This document shows positions 50,880 to 64,000 of a stretch of 64,000 nucleotides of DNA, one piece after another (the stretch's first letter is position 1; each line of letters starts with the position of its first letter). Both the position numbers and the translations under genes were made by a program. The DNA comes from Isurus oxyrinchus. Its lineage: Eukaryota. The stretch lies in NCBI GenBank assembly GCA_026770705.1, contig JANJGN010000002.1, positions 54,250,001-54,314,000 of the forward strand. Direction: 5' to 3'. A model generated the notes under the pieces. It saw nothing but the letters and a program-made list of their open reading frames with translations. It did no database searches and was not told the origin of the DNA.

Positions 50880-53800
50880 TCAGGGACTGTCACTTAACTG
50901 AAAAGAGTCAGGAGCAGAAACAGCAGACTGGAGTTTGAAAATGAAAAAAAAAATCAAATTGTGACATCACAGGAAGGCCATGAGTTGACTGGCTGGCAAG
51001 TACTGCGGCTGTGTTTCGCTTTCTCCAAACTTTAGCAAGTTCGTCTTAGCAGCTGGGAAATTAAAACTTAAACCTTATTTTTAAAACAAAGTTACAAGTA
51101 AAGCATTCAGATTTCCTGTATTTAAGTGGCATCAACAGAAGGGAAGAGAGTAGCTGATGAGTCTTTTTTTTAAAAAAAGAGCATGGTTTATTAGTCATAG
51201 CAAACTTTATTATCCAATAAAGATAGGAATGGCAGGGCAGCTCCAACCTCTCAAGTACACATCCAGTGCTATGTGGGAACTCTAGGATGCTTGTCATGTC
51301 CTGGATAGCCATACATGCAGGAAGTGTCACTAGTTGCAGCAGTTCAAGCACCGGATTTCATCATTGGTCACCCTGCAGCTTAACAATATGCAGGGAGAGG
51401 GAATGGGTGATCACCAGACAGGCAAGAAAAAACAGGCAGATAGTGCAGGAATCCCCCGAGTGCATCCCACTGTCCAACTAGTATTCAGTTCTTAATGCTA
51501 ATGAAAGTGATGGTTCTTTAGGAGGTGCAGACAGAGCCAAATCCATGGCACCACAGTTGGCTCAGCTGTACAGGGGATCAAAAAGGCGACTGCAGGAGCA
51601 ATAGTGATTGGAGATTTAATAGCTAGGGGAATAGGCAGGTGTTTCTGCAGCTGCAGTTGGGAATCCTGAGGGGTATATTGCCTCCCTGGTGTCAGGGTCA
51701 ACAATGTGACGCAACAGCTGCAGGGCACCCGGAGGACAGAGGGCGAACAGCAAATAGTCGTAATCTGCATCAGTACCAACAACTAGGTAGAAAGAGGGAT
51801 ATAGTCCTGCAATCAGAATTTAGGTTGCTAGTAGGAAATTAACAAGGACCTCAAAAGTAGCAATCTCTGGATTTTTCCAGATTCCACACACAAGGTATGG
51901 AAATAGGAGGATAAAGCTGATTATTGCATGGCTGGAAATATGGAGCTGGAAGGAGAGCTATAGATTCCTGGGACACTGGGCACAGCTCTGGGGGAGACGG
52001 GAGCTGAACAGGAAAGATGGTTGCACCTAAACGCAGCCATGACCAATTTCCTTATAGGGTGATTTGCTAGTGCTATTGGGAAGGGTTTAAATTAACTTGG
52101 CAGGGCTGTAGGAACCAGGAGGTAATATCAGAGAGTAATACCAACATGCGCAGAATACTAGGATGGCCAGATAGCACTAGAGCAGGAAATAGTACATTTT
52201 TAGCTGGGTTCAAAGTAAAGAAGAGAGTAATAAAGTCTAAATAAGGTTTATTGTGCATGTATATGAATGCACAGAATGCAGTAAATGAGACTGGTGAGTT
52301 ACAGATGGGAATAGCCAGGTAGAAATATGATGTTGTGGCTATAATAGACCTGGCTCAAAGAAGGTAAGGAATGCAAATAAAATATTCCTAGATACAAGAT
52401 ATTCTGGAAAGGATGGAAAAGGGGAGGGATGATAGCACTGATTAGGAAAACATTGCAGTGCTGGAGAGAGAGGATGGATGTCCCGGGGGGAAAAGGACAG
52501 AATCTATTTGAGCTAAGAAACAAAAAAAGGTGCAGTTACATTGCTAGGTATAGCCATCTGAATACAGACTGGGATAGTAGCAGTGTAAAGGGCAGAGAGG
52601 AGCATGCCCCCCCAAAGAGTTCTTCAGGAAAATTCTCCACAGCAGTGTGTTTCCAGTCCAATGAGAAAGGAGGTACTGCAAGACCTGGATTTTGAGAATG
52701 TGGTCAGTAGGGAGCACATAGGAACAACGATCATTGTATTATAAGGTATAGGTTGGCTATGGAAAAGGACAAGGAACAATCTAGGTAAGAATAATTAACT
52801 GAGGGAAAGCCAAAATCAATGGAGTAAGAATAGATAAATCAGATAAATTGAAATTCAAGGTTGGCAGGTAAAAGAGGAACTGAACAATAGGCTGCTTTGA
52901 AAGAAGAGATAGTTCGGGCACAGTTAAGGTATATTCCCACAAAGAGGAAAGGTATGGCAAACAAACCCAGAGCTCAGTGAATGACAAAAGAGATGAGATG
53001 AAGCTGAAGTGGAAAATGTGTGCTTATAACAGATGTCAGGTGGATAGTACAACCAAGAGCCAGGCTGAATATAGAAGATTCAAAGGAAAATTGAAAAAGC
53101 AAATAAGAGAAGCAAAGCAAAAGTACAAAGAGAGACCAGCAGCTAACATAAAAGGGAATCAAAAGTCTCCTATAGAGATATAATTAGCAAAACGATGGTA
53201 AAAGGAATGGGGCCAATTAGAGACCGAAAAGGGGATTAATGGATGGAGCATGGTTGAGGTATTAATTGAACTTTAAATATACTTTGCAACTACCTTTGCC
53301 AAGTAAGAAGATACTACCCAGATCATGGTGAAAGAGGAGGTAGTTCTTGAAGAGTTTAAAATGGATAAGGATGTGGTACTGGATACTGTACTAAAATTGA
53401 TAAGCCACCAGGACCAGATAAGATTCATCCAAGGATACTGAGGGAAGTGAAAGTGGAAATTGCAGAGGCACTTGCCATAATTTTCCAGTCTTTCTTAAAC
53501 TCAGGGGTGGTGCCAGAGGACTGGTGAATTGCAAACGTTACACCCTTGTTTAAAAAAGTGTATAAAAGCTAAGTCCAGCATCTACAGGCCAGGCAGTTTA
53601 ACCACCGTGATGGGGAAGCTTCTTGAAACCATGATTCAGGACAAAACTAATAGCACTTGGGCAAATGGGGGTTAATTAAGGAAAGGCAGCATGAATTTGT
53701 TAAGAGCAAATTGTGTTTAACTAACTTGGGAGTTTTTTGATGAGGTAACAAGAGAGGGTGGATGAGGTGGTTAACATGGACTTCCAAAAGGCATCTGATG

Positions 53801-54710
53801 AAGCGCTGAACAGCAGACTTGTGAACAAAGTTAGGGCTCATTCAATAAAAGGGGCAGTAGCAACATGGATACAAAATCGGTTGAGTGACAGAAACAGAGA
53901 GTAGTTGTTAATGGATCTTTTTCCGACTGGAGGAAGTTTTATAGTGGAATTCCCCAGGCATCAGTGTTAGGACCCCTGTTCTTTCCCATATTCTAAAAGA
54001 GGGTAGAGAAACACTGGGCACCTGGGTGTATATATGCATAAATCATTGAAGGTGGCAGGGCAGGTTGAGAATGGTTAATAAAGCATACAGCATCCTAGGT
54101 TTTATTAAAAGGAGCATAGTGTACAAAAGCAAAGAAGATATGTTTAACTTGTATAAAAACACTGGTACGGCCTCAACTGGATTACTGTGTCCAGATCTGG
54201 GCGCCACACCTTAGGAAGAATGTGAAAGCGTGAGTGCAGAAGTTTCATGAGAATGGTTCCAGCAATGAGGAACTTCAGTTACACAGATAGATTGGAGAAG
54301 TTGGGACTGTTCTCCTTGGAGAAGGGGAGGTGGACAAGAGATTTGATAGAAGTACTCAAAATCATGAGATCTGGACAGATAGAGAGAAACTTTTCCCATT
54401 GGTGGAAGGATCAAGAACCAGTGAGCACAGATTTAAAGTAATCGGCAAAAGAAACAATGGCGAAATGAGGAAAAACTTTTTCTAGACACCATGTGATTAG
54501 GATCTGGAATGCACTGCCTGAGTGAGGTGGAGGCAGGTTCAAGTGAGGCATTCAAGACGGAATTGGATTATCACCTGAAAAGGAAAAATATGTAAGGCTA
54601 CACAGAGAAGGCAGGAGAATGGCACTAGGTGAATTGTTCATTCAGAGAGTTTGCACGACACTTGAGCTGAATGGCCTCCTTCTGTGCTGTAACTATTCAG
54701 TGATTCTGTA
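50880..54710 (+). mobile_element. Near full-length decayed CR1 LINE
   Basis: ORF1 MAGQL..MWEL..HTCRKC and the esterase block AIVIGDLIARG..CLPGVRV. ORF2 APE from ~52255, [17 protein letters not shown] and a 3' end at ~54708. Confidence 0.9.
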
Positions 54711-54794
54711 AAAGTATCTCAACAACAAATCAAATTCAGGGTCATTAGAAATGCACCAAAAGAATGCTGTGGATAGTGTGCTGGGTGGACTGGC

Positions 54795-54942
54795 TTTTTT
54801 TAAGTTCATTTACAGGATGTGGGCGTCGCTGGCTTGGCCAGCAATTATTGCCCATCCCTAATTGCCCTTGAGAAGATGGTGATGAGCTGCCTCTTGAATC
54901 GCTGCAGTCCCTGTGGTGTAGGTACACCCACAGTGCTGTTGA
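54795..54942 (-). mobile_element. Zenon-like LINE 3' tail
   Basis: Reverse complement of the family tail (ttattgcccatccctaattgcccttgagaag). Confidence 0.85.
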
Positions 54943-54972
54943 GTTCCAGTCTTCTCTGCCTAAAACTATTAC

Positions 54973-55121
54973 CATGGAATGATTTTAACTGGCAATGAGA
55001 TTGCAAGTGTACAAGACAGGGTATATCCAACAATATGCTGTCTTGTGACAAAAGGCTCCTGTAATCTCTTTAGTCAGTGAACAGATATTTGGAAATCAGA
55101 AGGAAACAGTCAAAAATCTGC
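54973..55121 (-). other. Candidate non-coding (5'UTR-type) exon ending in ATG
   Basis: Acceptor ttttttttcttctacgcag| and donor ccATG|gtaata. 149 nt with stops in all frames, in non-repeat sequence. Confidence 0.3.
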
Positions 55122-55451
55122 CTGCGTAGAAGAAAAAAAAGTAAATGATTTGCAACACAACAAGATGGCAGTCTAGGATTTTAAATAAAAATTCTTTAAA
55201 ATATTACAATTATTTAAAAATTTATAATAGTTCCTACTTTTCCTATCAACATCTTTTGATTGCACCTATTTCTTCCTTCTCTGCCTCCCACTCTACAAAC
55301 AGGGACATCAAACCGCGATGTCTCATAGAACATCTGCATCAATGGCTGCTTCAGCTGATAGATGATGTGGCTACTCTGGAGTTAAATCACCACCTCGCAA
55401 CCATGCCTGTGAGCAAGATTCCATGCTGACTTGGAAGTGTTCCAGCTACAG

Positions 55452-56372
55452 CAGTGCTTCCCAAACTATTTTTCAATGTGACCCCATTTTAACACTTGAA
55501 ACTTAACATGACCCCAGACTGCAACAGAATCAAAACAGCAATAAAACAGCATAGTAACATTCAGTATATAGTTATTAACGTTTGCTTTTTCTAGATTGAC
55601 AAATATCATACAAATATGAAAATGTATTTTTAGAATACTTTACGAAATGTTATTTTATGTACCTGCCAATCCATTACTTCATCTGAGCCACTCCAACTGA
55701 CAGACCTTGGTCAGGAAGCAGCAGCTACAATTGACGTTTGCATTCAGCATTACTGATTTTCATGTGAGATGAATCAAAACTTTTAATTTTCTACTGAGGA
55801 TTTCAAATAGCAAAGCAACATTCATTGTCTCAGAAGCTATAGTATCACTATGGATTCTGCTTAACAATGCAGCTTCAGAATAAAATGGATTTAATTACAT
55901 TGCCTGAATGTGGAGTGGTGCTCCTCCCAACCTGGGGCTGGGGTTCATGAATAAAATGTACTGCTTCTTACCAGGCATAGAACATGTAACAGTTACTGGC
56001 CACTTAAGCATCAGCCAAGCTCTCCGTATTCCCCAGTGACAGAAAAATCAGTGAAGCACCCCACCCACTCAGACTGTAATCTTCCCCCTCCTCAATACGC
56101 CCACTGTAAACAGCCCCTCCCCAACACAAACTGTAAACACGCACACACACACATGCGTTGGCCAACTCTGATAGCCCGAGCCCTAGCCAGCACGCAGCTA
56201 TTTTCAAACGGTGTTGAGGAGGAGGAAAAAAATCCTAATACCGAGACACGAAAAGGGCTAGGGCAAGGCCGGACATTGCCTGGGCCTCAGCCTTGGTGGA
56301 GGGGGAAGCTCGCAAGTCCATTCACTGCTTCTGCCGCCTCAAAAGGGGTAGCAACCAACAGTTTGGGAACTG
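55452..56372. mobile_element. hAT-Charlie-like non-autonomous element (921 bp)
   Basis: TIRs cagtgcttcccaaact and agtttgggaactg. The 8-bp flanks agctacag and atctatag match at 6/8 and resemble the NTCTAGAN target. Confidence 0.65.
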
Positions 56373-56449
56373 ATCTATAGTTTCGCTGCCTGACCAAAAG
56401 CTGCATGAAGTTCAGCACAACTGTACTCAAGTTGTGACAGTAGGCAGAT

Positions 56450-56805
56450 AATTTGCTTTTGAACTGACCACTAGTGTCTTGGGGTCTGGACACAATATGA
56501 GAGAACACATAAATTGCACCTGTTTCAGTTAAACAAGTGACAGCTTTTGCTGACTCATTCCTCAGGGCAATGCCTTGACCAATCAGGGTCAAGCTGTCTG
56601 ATTTAAATTTCAAACAATGCTTGGCAGTTAACTGTCAGTCATCATTAGTGGCACATTCTCCATGGCAATGCCACTTGACAACCAATCAGCACTGTCTTCA
56701 CATACAGTATAAATTGTTGCTTTCTCTCTTATACTGGTATTCTTGCGAGTGTCCTGACGAGCATAAGACAAGAAGCTTAGACGTGTCTTTTTTCAGCAAT
56801 ATTCT
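56450..56805 (+). mobile_element. Penelope-like terminal fragment, family 2
   Basis: ccaatcagc..tataaa..gtcctgacgag.. is homologous to the reverse complement of 41130-41472. The Penelope assignment rests on the hammerhead-like end. Confidence 0.55.
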
Positions 56806-58734
56806 ATGAATATTCTGCAACAACATTACTGAACATAAAGAAAGTTCTAATTATTTTGAGCAAATTGTTTCTATTGCCTGCAGTGGTGCATCCATTCAGA
56901 CAGAAAACTAAATAAAGCTAAGGGAATTCTTGTTGACCTTTTAAGTCCATCAAACTTAGTTGAGCACATGTTGTATGCTGTTTAAAGTAAAACTTGTACA
57001 GCAGCAAGTACAGTAAGGGGCATTTATTACAAGATGTCCAGTTTACTAATATAGTTATTTGCATTAACTAGATGTTATATGTCCTAATGTCATTGTAAAT
57101 TGGTTTGACAGTTCCACAGGCAGATTAACTCAATTTTAAACTACCTTTTTCTCACATACATAAATAGTTCTGTGAAAAATTCCACCACAGCATCTGCCAA
57201 TCCATTTTAATGCAGCTGAACTAAGTTACATATTAATCAAGCAAAAGCATGAAGAACAAATTCCAACAGCCATTGGATTTTCTTTTTGCAGCATGTCATT
57301 TAGAGTACTAAAAAATCTATAGACTGATTAGATTGTCAAAAGTTACACAATAGAAATAGTACATTATATTGGTCTCTTGCCTCACCACTCATGCAGGTTC
57401 TCCTAACAGTCCAAAAAAACAAGCATAATGCCGAGAAAAATTGATAATTGCCATTAGACCTGTAAAAACATCTGAATGTTATATTAATTCAATCCAAAAT
57501 TGAACATGTGCACTGCAAAGAGTTGACCAGCTAATTGTTGAAATTTCTGTAGACTCTGAAGAACTTCATTAAATGAATTTACTGCACACACATTCCCATC
57601 TACCAGCTGGCTACAAACCCCATCAAGATTGTCTAAAATTTGGATGTCTTCGTCAAAAATGTAAAATTGACAAAATTGTGAGGTTGCAGACTTTTCTTAG
57701 CATTTTAACTTGTGCATCAAAAAGACGGTTTTCAGAAATAGACTAATTTGTCTCTAAGCCAATAGTTGCAACCTTGTGCGCTACAGGCCTATTAATCATC
57801 CCATAACTATTTACACCGGCAACTACATTACCTGCCCATCACTTTAAGATTAAAATTATATATATCTTACAACGAAAATCTGACTATTAAAGAAACTGCA
57901 AACACAGCAAGTTACTGACAGTAAATTGTGACATAATTCTGTCAATCGCACATCTTTCCAGATTATAGTTCTTTTAGCGCATTTTTACCAACCTCTATAC
58001 CTTGCTGATTTACTACAATTGTTTTATACAGCAGCTGGCTGAGATCAGTAATGTCCCTGTAAGAATCTATACCCCTGGCTATTATGTAAGTAGAACTTCA
58101 AAGGGAACTGTCCAACCCCTGTTTATATGGATTACTTAAGAAGCATTGGAAGCAAACCAATTTCTGTATTTACCATCCCACAGATCTCTCATCTGCCATT
58201 AGAAATGTTACTTGGTTCTATGGGTATTAAAAACTGAAATCAGTAAATCTGTAAGGCATTCCTTATGCCCCTGAATTTCACTTTGACTGAAGGAAAACAA
58301 TTTGATCTTTGTGTCAGTTTTTAATTTCACTTCTCACCACACTGTTATACAATCAAAGGCCAACAAAAGACACTGTAGGGTTCATTTCTTATGCAAAAGC
58401 TTTTGATCAAGGACATGTGGTCTAACTTACAGTGTTCTAGAAAACTACTGAAGACTTCAAAATTTTATTGATTTAAAAGAAACACAAAGAGTTAAGCTTT
58501 ATAAACCAGCGAGAATATTTTGCTTGTTTTACTCATACTGTCATCTCACTTCTTAATGTGATTCATAGTTTTCAGCTTAAAAATTAAAATTGTCAGTGTG
58601 GTGTTTTCAGTCAGAGTTTTAGAGTCAAAACTCCTCAGGTCTCACTCCATAACTATAAATGGAGTTTATAAAAACTATAATGTTGGCTGCAATAAAGACA
58701 GAGCTAACAGGATTTCTGAAGGGTCAATGACAGA

Positions 58735-59450
58735 GAACCACAGGGTGATTATAGCACAAAGGGAGGCCACTCAGCCAGTCAAGTGCTCACCTGTTCTCTG
58801 CAACTGCAATTGAGCTAATCACACTCTCATGCTTGCCCCGTAACCCTGCGCACTGAATCAGCCTCCACTACTTTTAGGTATTCCAAATCCTCATCGCTGA
58901 CTGTATTAAAAAAATGTTTTCTCATGTTGCCTTTGGTTCTTCTACTAACCGCCTTAAGTCTGCACCCTCTAGTTCTCGACCCCATTTGCCAACGGAAACA
59001 GTTTTTCTTCATCCACCCTGTCTGGGCCCCTCTACGTGATTTGTTTTAACAAATCAGTGCTGTCTTTCCTTAAATAATCCACCCTTGTCCAAATGGCTTT
59101 TGTAAGGCTTGTTCTTTTCTAAAGGTTTTCCCACCACCAAGGTAAAAGTGACTAGCCTACCGTTGCTGGATTTTATCCTTACATCTTCTTTTGAACAAGG
59201 GCACAACATTCACAATTCTCCAGTGTTCTGGCACCACCCCTGATTCCAACAAAGATTGGAAGACTATGGCCAGTACCTCCATCCATTTCCATTCACATTT
59301 CCTTCAACATCCTTCGATGCATCCCATTCATCCTGGCGAGTTATCGCATTTAATTGCTGCCAGCCTTTCCATACCTCTTGATCGATTTTTAGCACATACA
59401 GTCTGTCAATCACCTCGTCCTTCACTATGACTTTAGCAGCATCTTCGTCC
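58735..59450 (-). mobile_element. CR1 fragments (3' end plus RT N-terminal part)
   Basis: ORF 58827(-) GSRTRGCRLK..MRKHFF, plus tccagtgttctggcaccacccctgattcc (GVVPEHW). Confidence 0.75.
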
Positions 59451-59451
59451 T

Positions 59452-60340
59452 TCGGCCGTGGGGGACACCTGGCACACCCAAACCAGCCAGGGGGAGGGCT
59501 AGCGCGCCCAGCCGGCTGCGGGGGAGGGAGAACATGCATCGTGGTTGGGCGGGAAGGCAGTGTACATGACAGTGTTTGGTCAGCATGACTGCGCACCAAC
59601 AGACTTTGGCAGGAGCGGGACCACGTGAGACAGGGTTTAGTGCGCGAGAGCAGGTGAGTTTGGGGATCGCACGCAAGAACATGTGTGATTTGGGGAGCAT
59701 GTGCAACAAGGGGTGAGGGCACATGTGCAGGGCAAGGTTTTGAGGCAGTGCACTCCCAGCAGGGGGTGGGAAGGGAGCAAGTCTCCAGTGGGGTCACGCG
59801 TGCCACAAGGAGTGGCAGAGCGCCCACTTAGCGCATGGGGCTGCGCATGTGAGGTATGAGTTGGAAGGACGTGTGCACTGGCGCAGCTGGGAATGTGGGG
59901 AAGGGGGGAGCACACATGCAGCAGAGGGTAGGGGGGGTGCTGGCACAGCAGGGAATGCAGGGGGCACACACGCAACAGTGGATTGGGGGAAAGGTGTGTG
60001 TGCGCGAGCAGTAAGGTAGGATCAGCGCTAGGGGTGGGGCGAGGGGGAGCGTGTGCGACAGGTTTTGGGGACAGGCAGTGCGTGTGCCACGGATTGTGGG
60101 GAACTTGTGCAGCAGAGGTTGTAGAAGTGCGGGAGTGGAAGGATGGTCACGAGTGGGGTGTGGGAAGAGGGGTGGGAAAGTGGGGGTTACGTGTGTTGCA
60201 GGTGCAGGCCACTGAGGTTTCAGATCTTGGGAGCCCGAGAGTGCGCAGAGGATCAAATGGCCATGAGAGGCAGAGCACACGCAGGAGTCAATGGCTGTGA
60301 GCGCAAGTGAACAAGAGCAAGCAAGAGAGAGGGAATAAAC
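59452..60340 (+). repeat. GC-rich degenerate minisatellite-like tract
   Basis: Recurring G-run plus gc(a/g)tgtgc/gcgc motifs roughly every 25-40 nt, with CpG retained. Confidence 0.5.
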
Positions 60341-61689
60341 AGAGAAAAAGATAGATTTTATAAAAAATGTGACAGGTGTTGTAGGTAGTAGACAAATAAG
60401 ATAGATCTTTGGAAAACTTCAGATGTATTTACAAAATCAGAAATACCTTCCAATCTGAAGTGAAGCTAATTTTGTATTGCTTAGTTCAATTACCAGTCAA
60501 GAAAGCACAAGTTAGTTATGGATGTTGAAATTAGGCAAATATGAACAGGGCCCAACAAGTCAGTCCTGCAATGACAACTGTCATTACATACTGATTGTTT
60601 TTTTGAAAAGAATAAACTTACTAAACGTTATTATATTGCTATCACATGGTCTTTACAGTGCACACAGCAACAGAAACAGACAAACTTGATAAAGCACCTT
60701 TCAAAACTTCAGTACATTCCCAAAGCACTTCAAAGCCAATGATGAACTTCTAGCCTAGAACAAGAGTCTGTTACTTCAATTGTTTAGCCTAAATAATTTG
60801 AGGATTTTAATAAACAGATTTTTTTCAATTTTTCTTCACTAATTTTCTCCCTCCCTTTCTTGAAAATGCTGACTTTTTACTTGCATTGCTGCTAGAAACC
60901 CAGCACTACCTCACGAGTGGCCAAACCCCATCCAGTCCTCACCAAAAATACATAGAAATCATTGGACAATATTCAGGAGTAGAACTACTGTCAAATGTTC
61001 CTCTTGGTGCCAAGGAGTAGCAGTCCTAACTCGAATACTGCAGCAGATGAGAATTATTTAAGCAATTCCATAACCTTAAAGACTGCCATTCCATAAAAGA
61101 ATGATAACAAAATATTGTCACTGCATAATTATAAGATGCCTCTTCTACATTTCAGAAACCTAAATAAACAACAGCAAATCATGAATTACTTGCAAGGTTG
61201 CCACTGAATCAAACCATGTACCAGACATTACAGAGCGATTTGAAACATTATTTGCATTTCCCTCAAGTTAAAATTATGTAACACCCTCAGGCCTTTTTTT
61301 ACCATATTAAAGACACTTTGTTAATAACAAGTGTATTTGCTGATATTTGTTGATAGTGATTGCTAATAGCATGCATAATATCCAATAAGGGATAAAGTTG
61401 TGAAAATCTATTACTCCATAGAGACATTCAGAAAATAGTTACTAACAACGTTTACGATATGATTTGATTACCAAGATTTTCTGTCTTTCATATATTCCCT
61501 AGCTTTTTTTATGCATACACTTATGTAACTGCAGGCACTACAGTTTATTCAGAATTCATTATTAGTTACATAATCAGATGATTGTGTTTATAATATTTGG
61601 GTATCAGAATTATTTGAATTTTGACATAAAACACACCTACTCAAAACACAATTTTAAACTTCAAATGGGAAACATGCTTTGTTTGAAAT

Positions 61690-62140
61690 TACTTGCACTT
61701 ATGTAATGCTTTTGATGTAATAAAAATCTCAAGATGCTTCACAGAGAAGAAACCAAAGCTAAGCAACAAAGAATAACTGTAGAGATGATTATTAACTAGG
61801 TCGAAGAGTTGGCGTCAGAGGTTTCTGAAGGTGGGAAGTGAGGTTTAGGAAAAGAATTTGAGGAAAAAAAGGCCAAGACTGGTAAATGCTGTGCAACACG
61901 ACAACGGAAAGGAGTGGAGAGGAAGGTGAAAGCATGTAATAGAGACCGTGGCAGAAGACCAATAACTTACATTTGTATAGCACCTTTAACATAATATTAC
62001 TAGGCTTTCACAGGAGCATTGCAAAACCAAGTACGACACTGAGCCAAATAAGGAGATATTAGGTCAGAAGTCAAAAAGTTTGGTCAAAGAGGTGGGTTTA
62101 AAGGAGTGCCTTAAAAAAGGAAAGCGAGTAGATGCGGAAA
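61690..62140 (-). mobile_element. Two L2-type 3' ends in tandem
   Basis: cttgcacttatgtaatgcttttg.. and cttacatttgtatagcacctttaac..ggtcaaagaggtgggtttaaaggag. Confidence 0.65.
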
Positions 62141-63798
62141 TGTGTAGGATGACAGGACACAGACTGAGAGTTAGAGGTAGAAAGGCCAAGACGATTAATA
62201 TGAAGATATGAATATGAAGCTGGGAGGAGAGGAAAGTGGGTTGTTAGTACAGGAGAAGTTGAAAGCAGTGAAGTTTTAGACAAGTTGCAATTCATGCAGG
62301 AATAAGGGGGAAAGAATGTATTCCACCACATTGTTGCTGTAAGCAATTTCCGTGCAAATACTTAAAGGAAGGAAATATCAAGGACATATTCAGCCATTGG
62401 AAAAAGTCAAAAAGATGGGTGAAAGCTCACCTCTGAGAAATTATAATTAACATATAACTATATGAAATATACTACTTATTTTCCATGAAATTACAACTGG
62501 GGGGGAAAAATTTACCTCATTTCTATCACAATTGCAGTTTTAATTGACTACTACGGGACAAACATTTTTATTTCATCAGTGCCACTTATTTATACAAGTA
62601 CGTAAGAAGTAAAATTGAACTTGTACAAATTTATAAATTTAAGTTACTTTTGAAAACTTCAAACAGTTCCCCACTATCACCCATTGAGGCGAAGTACTAT
62701 GTACAGTAAATACAGATAAGTTTTAAGCAAATCTCCAACTTCAAGATTCACTACTCTAGCACCATAGACACAAATCAGTTTTCTACATCAGTGACAAAAA
62801 CAGAAACTATTGTTTTTATTTCTTGGGAATAAATTTTATGAAACTGACTCTGAAAATCAATTAAGTAATAATGCACTATAGCGAGTTTTTAAATTCCATT
62901 GCATTTTGTAAAATTTTGCAGTTGTAAACTTTCAAAAAAATGCGTATGCATTAAAGCGCTCAACATATTGAATTGAATGAAAAACAATTAAACAAAAAAA
63001 ACAATGCACATATAACAGTCTCAAGAGATCTCATCTCAAAATGGAATCCCAATACTTCAAGCATTTAAAGAACTACAATAAGGTTCAAATCTATATCTTA
63101 AGATAACAAATTTGATTGCTAAATTAACTTAATTCAGAACTAAATTATCTCAATCACTCAATCTTTGAGGAAGGGATAAACACCAAATCTTTACCTTTAC
63201 TATGGAAAGCAAATTAAAAATTATCCAGAGGCAGACATGGGAGAAAGTTTTGAAATCAGTGAACTTCAATACTTCTCAGCCAAAATGGGGAGCAAAGTTC
63301 TCAAACTTCAAAACTATTAAAGGTTAGAGGGACTGAAGGGATAAAGTATCTGAACCATGATACTTCTGAGTGTCAAGTCAAAGAATTTCAAAACTTTCCA
63401 GAGTGAAAGAGACCTGAAGTCTCTGAAAGTACAGATTTGTATTGGTGCCTATTGGGGAGGCGGGGGATGAATAAATTCTGAACCTTGGGAACTAAATGCA
63501 GAGTGCTGTTTGTGAACTACAATTGGTCTCTGAACAATGACATTTCTATATGAGTTGGACTAACATTTTTAACCTCAGTAATGCTTGTAAAGGAGATATT
63601 TTGATGAACAAGTAGGGAACAGGGCATAATCTCCAAAACATAATACATTGATGGATGAGTAACTCTTTTGAGCACAAACCCATTTCCATCTGTTTCAGAT
63701 GAAGTTACATTGTTTCATAATTTGCCATTGTGAGTAAGGTGCAAAAGTCTCTAAATGTTGATACTTATATTCATGTGTAAAGGATTAAAATCTCTTAC

Positions 63799-63832
63799 CA
63801 GCCAGTAGGAAAAGTATGTGAGGTCTGTACAT
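63799..63832 (-). other. Candidate exon 3' end with short ORF start MYRPHILFLLA
   Basis: Donor ctg|gtaaga at 63798, ATG at 63832 with a purine at -3, and an in-frame upstream stop. Could be a signal-peptide start or a uORF. Confidence 0.3.
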
Positions 63833-64000
63833 TGCTAGGTGAGGAAGTGATCTCTAAACTTCAGTATTTTGAGATGGACCAGTGGTTCCGAAGTTCGATA
63901 TTTTGATAGGCAAGTGGGGTTGACTCTGAATTTGTTAGTGTTCAAAACTGGATACTTTGATGGACGATGGGGTGGTCTTCAAACCACAATGCTTCTTAGG

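Overview
Eukaryotic, repeat-rich, non-coding DNA. The repeat inventory (CR1 LINEs with esterase ORF1, a Zenon-like CR1-group LINE, L2 tails, a Deu-domain tRNA SINE, two Penelope-like families, Vingi) fits a cartilaginous fish (shark); this is an inference. No intact protein-coding gene is supported. The long ORFs are either decayed retroelement or transposase fragments, or artefacts of an ~11.7 kb gapped (GT)n-based compound array at 10320-22035. Several nested insertions can be rebuilt from the sequence: a solo LTR with a 4-bp TSD inside a CR1, a Tigger/pogo element with a TA TSD inside a Penelope element inside an old CR1, and a CR1 splitting a DeuSINE. The window may be intron of a large minus-strand gene, with weak exon candidates at 54973-55121 and from 63799 upward. 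The most unusual items are an ORF1-less LINE apparently headed by a tRNA-derived Pol III promoter, hammerhead-ribozyme relics in two Penelope-type tails, and the stepwise-evolving GTAC-anchored array. Repeat boundaries are approximate unless a TSD or TIR is quoted.
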